Origin: an uncultured Prevotellaceae bacterium
GTDB lineage: Bacteria > Bacteroidota > Bacteroidia > Bacteroidales > Bacteroidaceae
Length of the DNA: 64,000 nt
Direction of reading: 5' to 3'
Assembly (NCBI GenBank): GCA_946415365.1
Contig: CAMKSE010000007.1
Location: forward strand, 13,566 to 77,565
Shown: positions 18,451 through 26,906 of the stretch, piece after piece
How positions within the stretch are numbered: position 1 is the first letter of the stretch
Layout of the letters: each line of letters starts with the position of its first letter
Notes under the pieces: generated by a model
Told to the model about the DNA's origin: nothing
Databases searched by the model: none
Seen by the model: the letters and a program-made list of their open reading frames with translations, nothing else
Translations under genes and position numbers: made by a program

Positions 18451-19091
18451 AGGAGTTCTGAAGGATTGGAGATGAGGGTTGTGGCACCGTGAGAGAGGAG
18501 GAAGTCGCGGTCGCGAAAGCCCCAAAGGACGGAGACGCAAGGGATACCGGCATTAGCAGCTGTCTGAATGTCCACATCGCTGTCTCCAACGTAAACGGCC
18601 TCATCCTTCCCTACTCCAAGGGCTTTGAGAACTGCAAAGACAGTATCTGGAGCCGGTTTCTTTTGAATTCCCTGATTCTCATTCTCACCAATGGCGACTT
18701 CTACAGTGCCTTGGAAGAAGTGACGGCATAATTCCTGAGTGGCAGCCATCATCTTGTTGCTAACCACTGCAATATGGTTTCCTCTTTCACGAAGGGCTGT
18801 AAGCGTCTCTGGGATGCTGTCATAGGGACGTGTAGTATCGAGAGAGTGAGTCATGTAGTGCTGTCGGAAAGTAGAGAAAGCCTCATCAAATAAGGGATTC
18901 ATGGCTCCATCAGGCACGGCCCGCTCCATAAGCAGACGGACACCATTCCCCACGAATTGACGCACATCGTCGAGCGAGTGTTCAGGCATCCCGTGGGTAC
19001 GAAGGGCGTAGTTGACAGATGCAGCCAAATCGCCCAAAGTATCCAATAGCGTCCCGTCAAGGTCGAATATATAAGTATTATAGGTAATCAT
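18417..19091 (-). CDS. HAD-superfamily hydrolase (phosphoglycolate-phosphatase-like)
   Basis: FDLDGTLLDT and VGDSDVDIQTA motifs. Overlaps the convergent 5'-nucleotidase gene by 34 nt. Confidence 0.85.
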   Translation of the reverse strand: MITYNTYIFDLDGTLLDTLGDLAASVNYALRTHGMPEHSLDDVRQFVGNGVRLLMERAVPDGAMNPLFDEAFSTFRQHYMTHSLDTTRPYDSIPETLTALRERGNHIAVVSNKMMAATQELCRHFFQGTVEVAIGENENQGIQKKPAPDTVFAVLKALGVGKDEAVYVGDSDVDIQTAANAGIPCVSVLWGFRDRDFLLSHGATTLISNPSELLYLNQTRLTPL

Positions 19092-19092
19092 C

Positions 19093-19120
19093 TATAAACC
19101 AGAAACTATAAACTACAAAC
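19093..19120 (-). repeat. (GTTTNYR)x4 heptamer array of the GTTTAYA family forming the malQ-HAD junction
   Basis: Minus strand reads gtttgta gtttata gtttctg gtttata g-ATG. The malQ stop TAG spans units 1 and 2. Confidence 0.9.
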
Positions 19121-21731
19121 TCCTTTTGCTGCGCTGAATCATCGTGTGTACCTTATTATTATATTTATCGGCGGCGATAAGGTCTTCGATGGTGAGGTGC
19201 ATACGGTATCGCCAGCGGTTATAGGGGTCACTGGGCACATTAATACGCTCTTCTCGTGGATTCTTGCTTCGCAGTTCAGTGTCCATTGAAAGCCAGTCCT
19301 GCAAAGAGAGGACGCAGAGCATGGATGGACAGTAGAGATGGCGGGCTATGATCTCCTCTGCCATATGGGCAGGCAGTTGCTCTGGGGCTCGGCCCTGCTT
19401 CTGAAGCATTGTGACATAGTATCGCTGCGTGCGCTCTGGACTCTCACTCCACCAAAGACGCAATGGTGGCATATCATGGGTAGAGATGGTGGCTACACTG
19501 CGGTATGGGTTGCCCTCGAGGTGAGCAAATTCGTAGCTGCTGTGCTTGGGCATCGACTGAATTTCGAGCGACAGGATGCGCAACTGGTCAAGCACGGGTT
19601 GTACACAGTCAGGAAGCATACCGAGATCTTCGGCGCAACAAAGCATACGTGTATGTCCAAACACTTCAGCAAGCCTATGTAGGGCTGTGGCACCCCAAAA
19701 GAAGTTATGACGCTGATAATAATAGTTATTGTAGAGTCGCATAAAGGCATCTTTCTCATCATTAGTGAGGGCCTCGTAGACGGGTTCTTGGAAGACGCCT
19801 ATACGGGGATGGTACATCTCTGGCTGGCGCGGATCTTCGAGGAAGAGCACGTCGCTGACGAGACGGTACAGGCCGTCACGTATCCAGAGACTGTTCTCGT
19901 CTGTCCTGCCCTCAAAAGCATCGCGAACTTTGCATTGAGTGTCATATTCGGCTTTGAGATCATACAGACCGTAACTACGTGGGATGAGGAAATTCTCTCG
20001 CACATACTGCGCATGGAGTCCAAAAAGACGCTCTAGCACGCGATCATTAATAAACGGACGAGTGAAGAGATCTTTCCGGAAAGACAGACCGAAATATTCT
20101 ATCTCGGCCTGCGTCATAGGCAGTGAGGGTGAGAAATGGCCTAGGATTCCGAAGACAGCATCCTGTGGTATCTCCCAGATACGGAAGAAGCCCAATACGT
20201 GGTCAATGCGTATGGCATCAAAATATTGCTCCATCCAACGAAGGCGACGGTGGAACCAGTTGAATATGCCTGCACTCCAATTGTACGTAGGGAACCCCCA
20301 ATTCTGACCACTTTGGGAGAAGGCATCGGGAGGTGCTCCCGTGGAACAGTCGAGATGGAAAAGCTCAGGGTACATCGTGGTTTCCACACTGTTGCGATTG
20401 ACACCAATAGGCACATCGCCTTTCAGGACCACGCCATGCTCATGGGCATAGTCGGCGGCAGATTTCAACTGCAGATGCAGATGGTATTGAATCCAACACA
20501 CCAAATCACGCTGGGACTTGATGTAGCTGATGTAGGGTTCGAGCCAGTCACAATTATCATCAAACCACTGCTTGAACTCTTTTGAGTCAAGTGTCTGGCG
20601 CCCACGTTCTTCAAACACTTCATAAGCATATTCAAGTTTAACCCTTTGTACTGCCTCGTAGTCGGTATAACTCAAAGCATTGAGTTCTCTACGCCGCCTC
20701 AGAAAGGCAGTCATGCGTTTCTTATCGCGGAGAGGGCCAAGGGCATTAAGGTCGAGATACTGCGGATGGAGGGCGAACGCTGAGATAATGTTATATGGAT
20801 ATGAGTCACTCCAGGAGCCGTCAGTTGTGGTGTCGTTGACAGGCAGTATCTGTATGATCTTCATACCAGTAACCACTGCCCAGTCAACGAGCAGGCGCAA
20901 GTCACCGAAATCGCCTACTCCACAGGAATGACTACTGCGGAGAGAGAATACGGGTACAGAGACGCCAGCAGCTCGCCAAGTCTCCTCACGCACTCTCAGC
21001 AGCTCACCATACACCACCAAAACACTGCCGTCAGGTACTGACTGTTGGTCAGAGGGTAGCATACCCTCAGTAGTACGGTTGTCACCCTCTTCCCAAGCCA
21101 CGAGGGTATGCGTGGCATCATCGACAATGACATACTTGAACTCTATAGGAAGTGGTATGGCGTCAACATTCACCGAAAGCAACCACTCACACATACCCAA
21201 CTGTTCCATCTGCAGATAGCGGGCAGGATTCCAACTACCAAGTGCGGGATGTCCACCGAGAATAGCTACAGACTGTCTCTTTCGTAATTGAGGGGCAGAA
21301 ACGCGGAAGATAACAGTCTTGCGGTATAGCGGAATTCTCTGAATTGACAATTGATAATTGATAACAGACAATTGACAATTAATGCGATAAGCTCGTGTGT
21401 ACAAGTGATACTGCAGAGGGATATCTCGCCACTGATCGGGAAAGACGTAATTCTTTGTGGCGTCAAAGTAATAAGTGCGGGGCACCTCTGTCCACTCTCT
21501 GCGCGACTCCTTTCCTTCTGAGTCGGCCACATAATAATAATAGGTTATGGTAGTAACGGGGTGCTGGCGCGACTCTATAGCCGATGTCTCCAGTTCCCAA
21601 TGCCAACCGTCATCGGTGGTCATAGGCAGACGTCGCACTTTTTCCTTTCCATCGGAACTCTGATAAGTGACAGCCACATAGAGGTTCTCGCCCCATTGAG
21701 TTCCGTATTTTATGGTAAACTTAAGTTTCAT
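19113..21731 (-). CDS. malQ: 4-alpha-glucanotransferase (GH77 amylomaltase) with two N-terminal CBM20-like modules
   Basis: 872 aa. GH77 blocks (DHVLGFFR, WGFP..., CAEDLG) follow two starch-binding-like modules. Confidence 0.92.
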   Translation of the reverse strand: MKLKFTIKYGTQWGENLYVAVTYQSSDGKEKVRRLPMTTDDGWHWELETSAIESRQHPVTTITYYYYVADSEGKESRREWTEVPRTYYFDATKNYVFPDQWRDIPLQYHLYTRAYRINCQLSVINYQLSIQRIPLYRKTVIFRVSAPQLRKRQSVAILGGHPALGSWNPARYLQMEQLGMCEWLLSVNVDAIPLPIEFKYVIVDDATHTLVAWEEGDNRTTEGMLPSDQQSVPDGSVLVVYGELLRVREETWRAAGVSVPVFSLRSSHSCGVGDFGDLRLLVDWAVVTGMKIIQILPVNDTTTDGSWSDSYPYNIISAFALHPQYLDLNALGPLRDKKRMTAFLRRRRELNALSYTDYEAVQRVKLEYAYEVFEERGRQTLDSKEFKQWFDDNCDWLEPYISYIKSQRDLVCWIQYHLHLQLKSAADYAHEHGVVLKGDVPIGVNRNSVETTMYPELFHLDCSTGAPPDAFSQSGQNWGFPTYNWSAGIFNWFHRRLRWMEQYFDAIRIDHVLGFFRIWEIPQDAVFGILGHFSPSLPMTQAEIEYFGLSFRKDLFTRPFINDRVLERLFGLHAQYVRENFLIPRSYGLYDLKAEYDTQCKVRDAFEGRTDENSLWIRDGLYRLVSDVLFLEDPRQPEMYHPRIGVFQEPVYEALTNDEKDAFMRLYNNYYYQRHNFFWGATALHRLAEVFGHTRMLCCAEDLGMLPDCVQPVLDQLRILSLEIQSMPKHSSYEFAHLEGNPYRSVATISTHDMPPLRLWWSESPERTQRYYVTMLQKQGRAPEQLPAHMAEEIIARHLYCPSMLCVLSLQDWLSMDTELRSKNPREERINVPSDPYNRWRYRMHLTIEDLIAADKYNNKVHTMIQRSKRSL
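21342..21383 (-). repeat. (AATTGAY-like)x6 heptamer array inside the malQ coding sequence
   Basis: Plus strand reads aattgac aattgat aattgat aacagac aattgac aattaat. On the minus strand it encodes INCQLSV-INYQLSI, beginning exactly at codon 117. Confidence 0.9.
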
Positions 21732-21748
21732 ATATCACGATTTTACTG

Positions 21749-21756
21749 CAAAGATA
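21749..21756 (-). promoter_or_regulatory. -7 box (tatctttg on minus strand) for malQ
   Basis: The complement of caaagata reads tatctttg, 18 nt upstream of the malQ ATG. Confidence 0.5.
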
Positions 21757-21762
21757 CAAAAT

Positions 21763-21797
21763 AATTGATAATTGGCAATTGATAATTGATAATTATT
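21763..21797 (+). repeat. (AATTGRY-like)x5 heptamer array in the malQ/mltG divergent promoter region
   Basis: aattgat aattggc aattgat aattgat aattatt. Confidence 0.9.
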
Positions 21798-21800
21798 TTG

Positions 21801-21808
21801 TAATTTTG
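21801..21808 (+). promoter_or_regulatory. -7 box (taattttg) for mltG
   Basis: Immediately follows the heptamer array and lies 25 nt before the ATG at 21833. Confidence 0.5.
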
Positions 21809-21832
21809 CAGCAATTTTAAAGAATAAGGGTT

Positions 21833-22858
21833 ATGAAAGCCTACAAGAAGAAGTTCTATATCATACCCATCGTGGTCTGCCTGCTCGCAATTGCAGCAGT
21901 GGTGGCTTATTATCTGACGGGCAGTTTTTCCCGTTCGGAACAACGTGAGTATGTGTATATCGACGACAATGACAACCTTGACTCTGTAACGGCAAAGTTG
22001 GCCCCGATAGCCAGTGAACAGGCCCTGCTGAGTTTCAAGATCATTTCACACCATACTGGGTACGACAAGAATATCAGAAGCGGACGGTATGTCATAGAAC
22101 CTGGTGAAGGCACCTTCAGTGTGCTACGCAAGCTGAAGAACGGTCATCAGGAGCCTCTGAGGCTGACCATTCCTGAGAGTCGTACTACAGACCGTCTGGC
22201 GGGTGCTATCGGCAGGAAACTGATGATGGACAGTCTGTCGCTTTCAATACTTCTCAAAGATTCTGCATTCTGTGCCGCACAAGGTTTCGACACGACCACG
22301 ATAGTCTCAATGTTTGTGCCCAACACCTACGAAGTGTATTGGAACACATCGATAGAGAATCTCATGAGCCGAATGAAGAAGGAACACGACAAGTTCTGGA
22401 ACGAAAGCCGCATGGCGAAGGCCAATGCTTTGGGACTAAGTCCAGAGGAAGTGTGCACGCTTGCCAGCATTATCGATGAAGAGACATCGAATAATGCTGA
22501 GAAACCTATGATAGCACGTATGTACTTGAACCGTCTGGCAAAGGGCATGCCTCTGCAGGCAGACCCAACGGTAAAGTTTGCCTTGAAGGACTTCGCCCTG
22601 AAGCGTATCTATCACAATATGCTGAACACCGACAGCCCGTATAACACATACCGCTATGCAGGTCTGCCCCCTGGACCAATTAAGGTAGCATCGGTGGCTG
22701 GTGTCGAGGCCGTATTGAATCCTGCAAGCCACTCATATCTCTATATGTGTGCTAAGGAGGATTTCTCGGGCACCCACAATTTTGCCGCCACTTATCAAGA
22801 GCACCTTAAGAACGCATCAAAGTATTCGAAGGCCCTCAATGAGCGAGGCATCAAATAA
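21833..22858 (+). CDS. mltG: Endolytic murein transglycosylase MltG (YceG-like)
   Basis: N-terminal TM helix, YceG domain blocks (ASIIDEET, LQADPTV, NTYRYAGLPPGPI). Confidence 0.92.
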   Translation: MKAYKKKFYIIPIVVCLLAIAAVVAYYLTGSFSRSEQREYVYIDDNDNLDSVTAKLAPIASEQALLSFKIISHHTGYDKNIRSGRYVIEPGEGTFSVLRKLKNGHQEPLRLTIPESRTTDRLAGAIGRKLMMDSLSLSILLKDSAFCAAQGFDTTTIVSMFVPNTYEVYWNTSIENLMSRMKKEHDKFWNESRMAKANALGLSPEEVCTLASIIDEETSNNAEKPMIARMYLNRLAKGMPLQADPTVKFALKDFALKRIYHNMLNTDSPYNTYRYAGLPPGPIKVASVAGVEAVLNPASHSYLYMCAKEDFSGTHNFAATYQEHLKNASKYSKALNERGIK

Positions 22859-22865
22859 GTTGCCG

Positions 22866-22909
22866 GTTTACAGTATACGGTTTACAATTTGGATTTATTA
22901 TAGTTTATA
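22866..22909 (+). repeat. Degenerate GTTTAYA-family relic upstream of glnS
   Basis: gtttaca gtatacg gtttaca ... gtttata g ata-ATG. Two exact ggtttaca copies lie 14 nt apart, plus an out-of-register gtttatag next to the start codon. Confidence 0.6.
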
Positions 22910-22913
22910 GATA

Positions 22914-24698
22914 ATGGAAGAGAATATATTGAATACGAGTGAAGAAAAGAAAGCTGCCAGTTTTATTGAGCAGATGGTGAAGGAAGATCTTGCTGCCGGG
23001 AAGAACGGCGGCAGGTTGCAGACACGCTTCCCACCAGAGCCTAATGGCTACTTACACATAGGTCATGCAAAGGCCATAGCCATAGACTTCGGACTGGCTA
23101 AGAAATATGGCGGAGAGTGTAACCTCCGCTTCGATGATACCAATCCACAGAAAGAGGATACGGAATACGTCGAAAGCATTGAGAACGACATCAAATGGCT
23201 GGGGTTCAAGTGGGCAAACGTCTACTATGCCAGTGACTATTTCCAGGAACTATGGGACTTCGCCGTATGGCTCATCAAGAAAGGCAGGGCCTATGTTGAC
23301 GAGCAGAGTTCAGAGGTAATTGCCCAGCAGAAGGGTACCACCACCAGTCCGGGTACGAACAGTCCCTATCGCGACCGTCCTATAGAGGAGAACCTGCGGC
23401 TGTTTGAGTTCATGAACAGCGGCAAGTGTGAGCCCGGCACCCTCGTGCTTCGTGCGAAGATAGATATGGCCCACCCCAACATGTTGTTCCGAGACCCACT
23501 GATCTACCGCGTGCTGAACATTCCACATATCCGTACTGGCAATAAGTGGAACGCATACCCCATGTACGACTTCACCCACGGACAAAGCGATTATCTGGAG
23601 GGGGTGACCCACTCCTGGTGTACGCTGGAGTTTGTGGAGCACCGTCCCCTCTACGACCTGTTCGTAGAATGGATGCGTGAGTGGGCTGCAGACTGTGGTG
23701 CCAATGCGGAGAGCGGTAGCAGATTATTCACTCTTCACTCTTCACTCTCAACTTATCAGGGTCCCCGTCAGACGGAGTTCAATAAACTGAACCTGAACTA
23801 CATCCTCCTGTCAAAGCGCAACCTCAAAGCACTCGTTGATGACGGTATCGTGAGTGGCTGGGACGATCCCCGCATGCCGACAATCTGTGGATTCAGGCGC
23901 AGAGGCTACTCACCTGAGAGCATCGTGAAGTTTATCGACAAGATTGGTTATACGAAGATTGACGCCCTGAATGATATGGCACTGTTGGAAAGTGTGGTGC
24001 GTGACGATCTGAACAGTCGGGCCATCCGTGTGTCAGCCGTCCTCGATCCCGTGAAGGTGGTTATCACCAACTATCCAGAAGGACAGACTGAGACCCTCAC
24101 TGCCATCAACAATCCCGAGAACGAGGCCGACGGTACCCATGAAGTGGAGTTCGGACGTGAAATCTGGATTGAGCGCAACGATTTCCAGGAAGTAGCCGAG
24201 AAGAAGTTTATGCGTCTGGCTCCCGGCAAGGAGGTGCGCCTGAAAAATGCCTATATCATCAAATGCGACGAGGAGCACCCCTGTGACAAGGATGCCGAGG
24301 GTCGTGTCACAACCATTTACTGCACATACGACCCGGAGACCCGTAGCGGACAGCCCGGTGCAGACCGTAAAATTAAGGGTAAGACCCTGCACTGGGTGAG
24401 CTGTCATAACGCTAAGAAGGCTGAGGTACGTCTCTATGACCGTCTGTGGAAGGTGGAGAATCCCCGTGACGAACTGGCCCGTCTGCAGGACGAAGGTCTC
24501 ACCTATGCCCAGGCCCGGGAACAGATGATGAATCCCGACAACCTGAAAGTCCTGACAGAATGTTATATCGAGCCCTTTGCTGCCACGATGGCTCCACTGA
24601 GTCATCTGCAGTTCCAGCGTATCGGTTACTTCACGCCCGATCTGGACTCTACGGCAGAGCATCCCGTATTCAACAAGACAGTGGGCTTAAAAGTTTGA
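22914..24698 (+). CDS. glnS: Glutamine--tRNA ligase
   Basis: HIGH motif (PEPNGYLHIGHAKA), KMSKS-type LLSKR motif, GlnRS anticodon-binding C-terminal domains. Confidence 0.96.
   Translation: MEENILNTSEEKKAASFIEQMVKEDLAAGKNGGRLQTRFPPEPNGYLHIGHAKAIAIDFGLAKKYGGECNLRFDDTNPQKEDTEYVESIENDIKWLGFKWANVYYASDYFQELWDFAVWLIKKGRAYVDEQSSEVIAQQKGTTTSPGTNSPYRDRPIEENLRLFEFMNSGKCEPGTLVLRAKIDMAHPNMLFRDPLIYRVLNIPHIRTGNKWNAYPMYDFTHGQSDYLEGVTHSWCTLEFVEHRPLYDLFVEWMREWAADCGANAESGSRLFTLHSSLSTYQGPRQTEFNKLNLNYILLSKRNLKALVDDGIVSGWDDPRMPTICGFRRRGYSPESIVKFIDKIGYTKIDALNDMALLESVVRDDLNSRAIRVSAVLDPVKVVITNYPEGQTETLTAINNPENEADGTHEVEFGREIWIERNDFQEVAEKKFMRLAPGKEVRLKNAYIIKCDEEHPCDKDAEGRVTTIYCTYDPETRSGQPGADRKIKGKTLHWVSCHNAKKAEVRLYDRLWKVENPRDELARLQDEGLTYAQAREQMMNPDNLKVLTECYIEPFAATMAPLSHLQFQRIGYFTPDLDSTAEHPVFNKTVGLKV
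23727..23747 (+). repeat. (TTCACTC)x3 heptamer array inside the glnS coding sequence
   Basis: ttcactc ttcactc ttcactc (a degenerate tcaactt follows). Starts exactly at codon 272 and encodes FTLHSSL. Confidence 0.9.
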
Positions 24699-24751
24699 GC
24701 GTTCCCGTTCATCGGGAAGCGGCGTAAGCCTAAGGGAGAAAATAGAATAAA

Positions 24752-26176
24752 ATGCAGTCAGAAGATCTCGCATACTTTGAAAGTGAAGAGTTCCGAACAA
24801 TCCTGAAGAAATACGAGGAGTCGGTTGAATCGGGGCATCCGATATACATGGATGCCGACGATCTGGCCGATATTGCCGACTATTACCAGTATAACGGTTA
24901 CCCAGAGAAGGCCGGAGACGCCATAGATCTGGCGTTGGAGTATAACCCCGATGCCGTGGGACCGTTACTCTACAAGGCAAGGGAGGCGTTGGTTGCCAAC
25001 GACTTCAAGACAGCGGAAGACTACGCCGACCGGATAGAGGCAGCAGACATGATGGAGGCACTCTACTTAAGGGGTGAAATCATGATATGCAAGGGAGAGA
25101 CAGAGACGGCAGATCAATACTTCATAGAACAGATGAAGAACATCATGACTGACGAACAGATGGACTACGTGTACGACGTGGCCAACATCTTCTCTGACTA
25201 CGACATGCACGATAAGGCCTTTGAATGGATGGCTCGATCACAAGGAGACAACTCCGACAGCTTTAAGGAACTGATGGCTCGGACACTATTTGGTCTGGGG
25301 AAGTATCAAGATAGTGAGCGAATCTTTAACGAACTGATAGATCATGACCCCTACTCCATCCGTTATTGGAACGCACTGGCAAGTGCACAGTTCATGAGAG
25401 AGGACTATAGCGCAGCCATCACCAGCAGCGAATATGCGATTGCCATCGATCCCAACGATCCTGAAAGCCTGCTGTCAAAAGCCAATTGCCTGTATAACCT
25501 CGGTAACTATGAGTCGGCCCTCTCCTACTTCAAAAGATATTCCGAACAGGTAACTGACGATGAATTCGGATATCTGTATCAGGGAACCTGTCTGATAAAC
25601 CTGGGACACTATGAAGAGGCGATACAAGCACTGAACATTGCCCTTGAAAAAGCTCAAGAAGACTCACAGTACCTGCCTGAGATCTATCAGGAGATGGCTT
25701 TCGGATATAGTGAACTGAAGAATCCAGACAAGGCACTCTATTACATAGACCAGACCCTGAAGTTGGATTGTGACCACACCAACATCGAGATCATCAGAGG
25801 TCACATTCTGCTCGCCAACAAGAGGACGAGAGAGGCGGCAGATGCCTTTAGGAAAGCCTTACTGCAGTCGGACAACTCACCAAGAACCATGCTGAGGATT
25901 ATTGTATCACTCTATGACAACCAGTATACCCTCACCTCCTATTCCTTTCTCAAGCGCCTGCTTTCTGAGATGAAGGATAATTGGAACGAAGGTTATTCTT
26001 ACATGGCACTATGTTGCCGCGACCTCGGGAAGTATGAAGAGTTTCTGAAGTATCTCAAAAAAGCAGCTGAGAAGAATCCAAAAGAGGCAAAGACCGTTCT
26101 CGGAGGCATGTTCCCAGAGGGATTGGAGCCTGGTGAGTATTATAGTTATATGATGAAGAAAATAAACCAAGCATAG
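24752..26176 (+). CDS. Tetratricopeptide-repeat protein
   Basis: Multiple TPR-like 34-residue repeats (A..Y..A..L.P.). No signal peptide. Confidence 0.8.
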   Translation: MQSEDLAYFESEEFRTILKKYEESVESGHPIYMDADDLADIADYYQYNGYPEKAGDAIDLALEYNPDAVGPLLYKAREALVANDFKTAEDYADRIEAADMMEALYLRGEIMICKGETETADQYFIEQMKNIMTDEQMDYVYDVANIFSDYDMHDKAFEWMARSQGDNSDSFKELMARTLFGLGKYQDSERIFNELIDHDPYSIRYWNALASAQFMREDYSAAITSSEYAIAIDPNDPESLLSKANCLYNLGNYESALSYFKRYSEQVTDDEFGYLYQGTCLINLGHYEEAIQALNIALEKAQEDSQYLPEIYQEMAFGYSELKNPDKALYYIDQTLKLDCDHTNIEIIRGHILLANKRTREAADAFRKALLQSDNSPRTMLRIIVSLYDNQYTLTSYSFLKRLLSEMKDNWNEGYSYMALCCRDLGKYEEFLKYLKKAAEKNPKEAKTVLGGMFPEGLEPGEYYSYMMKKINQA

Positions 26177-26180
26177 ACAA

Positions 26181-26807
26181 ATGAACTTCATAACGAATAT
26201 TCTTAACAGTCTGGGATGGTATCCTACTGTGTTTATCCTGATGCTTCTGGAGAGCACGGTGATTCCCGTACCCTCAGAGTTTGTGGTGCCCCCTGCAGCC
26301 TATCATGCCGCTGGCGGATCACTAAACGTGTTTCTCATTATACTCTTTGCCACACTTGGCGCAGATGTAGGCGCCAGCATCAATTACTTCGTGGCACTAT
26401 ATGTGGGAAGACCCGTCGTCTATAAGTTCGCCAACAGCAAATGGGGGAAAATGTGCCTGTTGAATCAAGAGAAAGTGGAAAGAAGTGAGAAATATTTTGA
26501 CGATCACGGTGTGGCAGCAACCCTTACAGGACGTTTTGTGCCCGTCATCCGCCACCTTATTTCCATCCCAGCAGGTCTGGCAAGGATGAACTACTGGAAA
26601 TTCCTTCTCTTCACCACTATCGGTGCAGGTGGTTGGCACAGTGTTCTGGCTGCTATGGGATGGTACCTGCATTCCATAGTTCCCGAGGATCAGCTGAATG
26701 AAAAGATCAGCGAATATGCCGAGTACATCAAGATTGTGATTATTGCACTCCTGGTGCTGGCAATCATCTATTTTGTAGTCCGAAAAAGGCTATCGAAAAA
26801 GAAATAA
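26181..26807 (+). CDS. DedA-family inner membrane protein
   Basis: LESTVIPVPSE... and GRFVPVIRHLISIPAG motifs typical of DedA/SNARE-associated proteins. Confidence 0.9.
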   Translation: MNFITNILNSLGWYPTVFILMLLESTVIPVPSEFVVPPAAYHAAGGSLNVFLIILFATLGADVGASINYFVALYVGRPVVYKFANSKWGKMCLLNQEKVERSEKYFDDHGVAATLTGRFVPVIRHLISIPAGLARMNYWKFLLFTTIGAGGWHSVLAAMGWYLHSIVPEDQLNEKISEYAEYIKIVIIALLVLAIIYFVVRKRLSKKK

Positions 26808-26906
26808 GTAAAGAAACATGCATAAAAATATCATTTTTTCCTGAAATATTCTTTTGTTTCAGGAATTATTTGTATTTTTGCCGATTATTATCAGCTTATC
26901 AAGATT

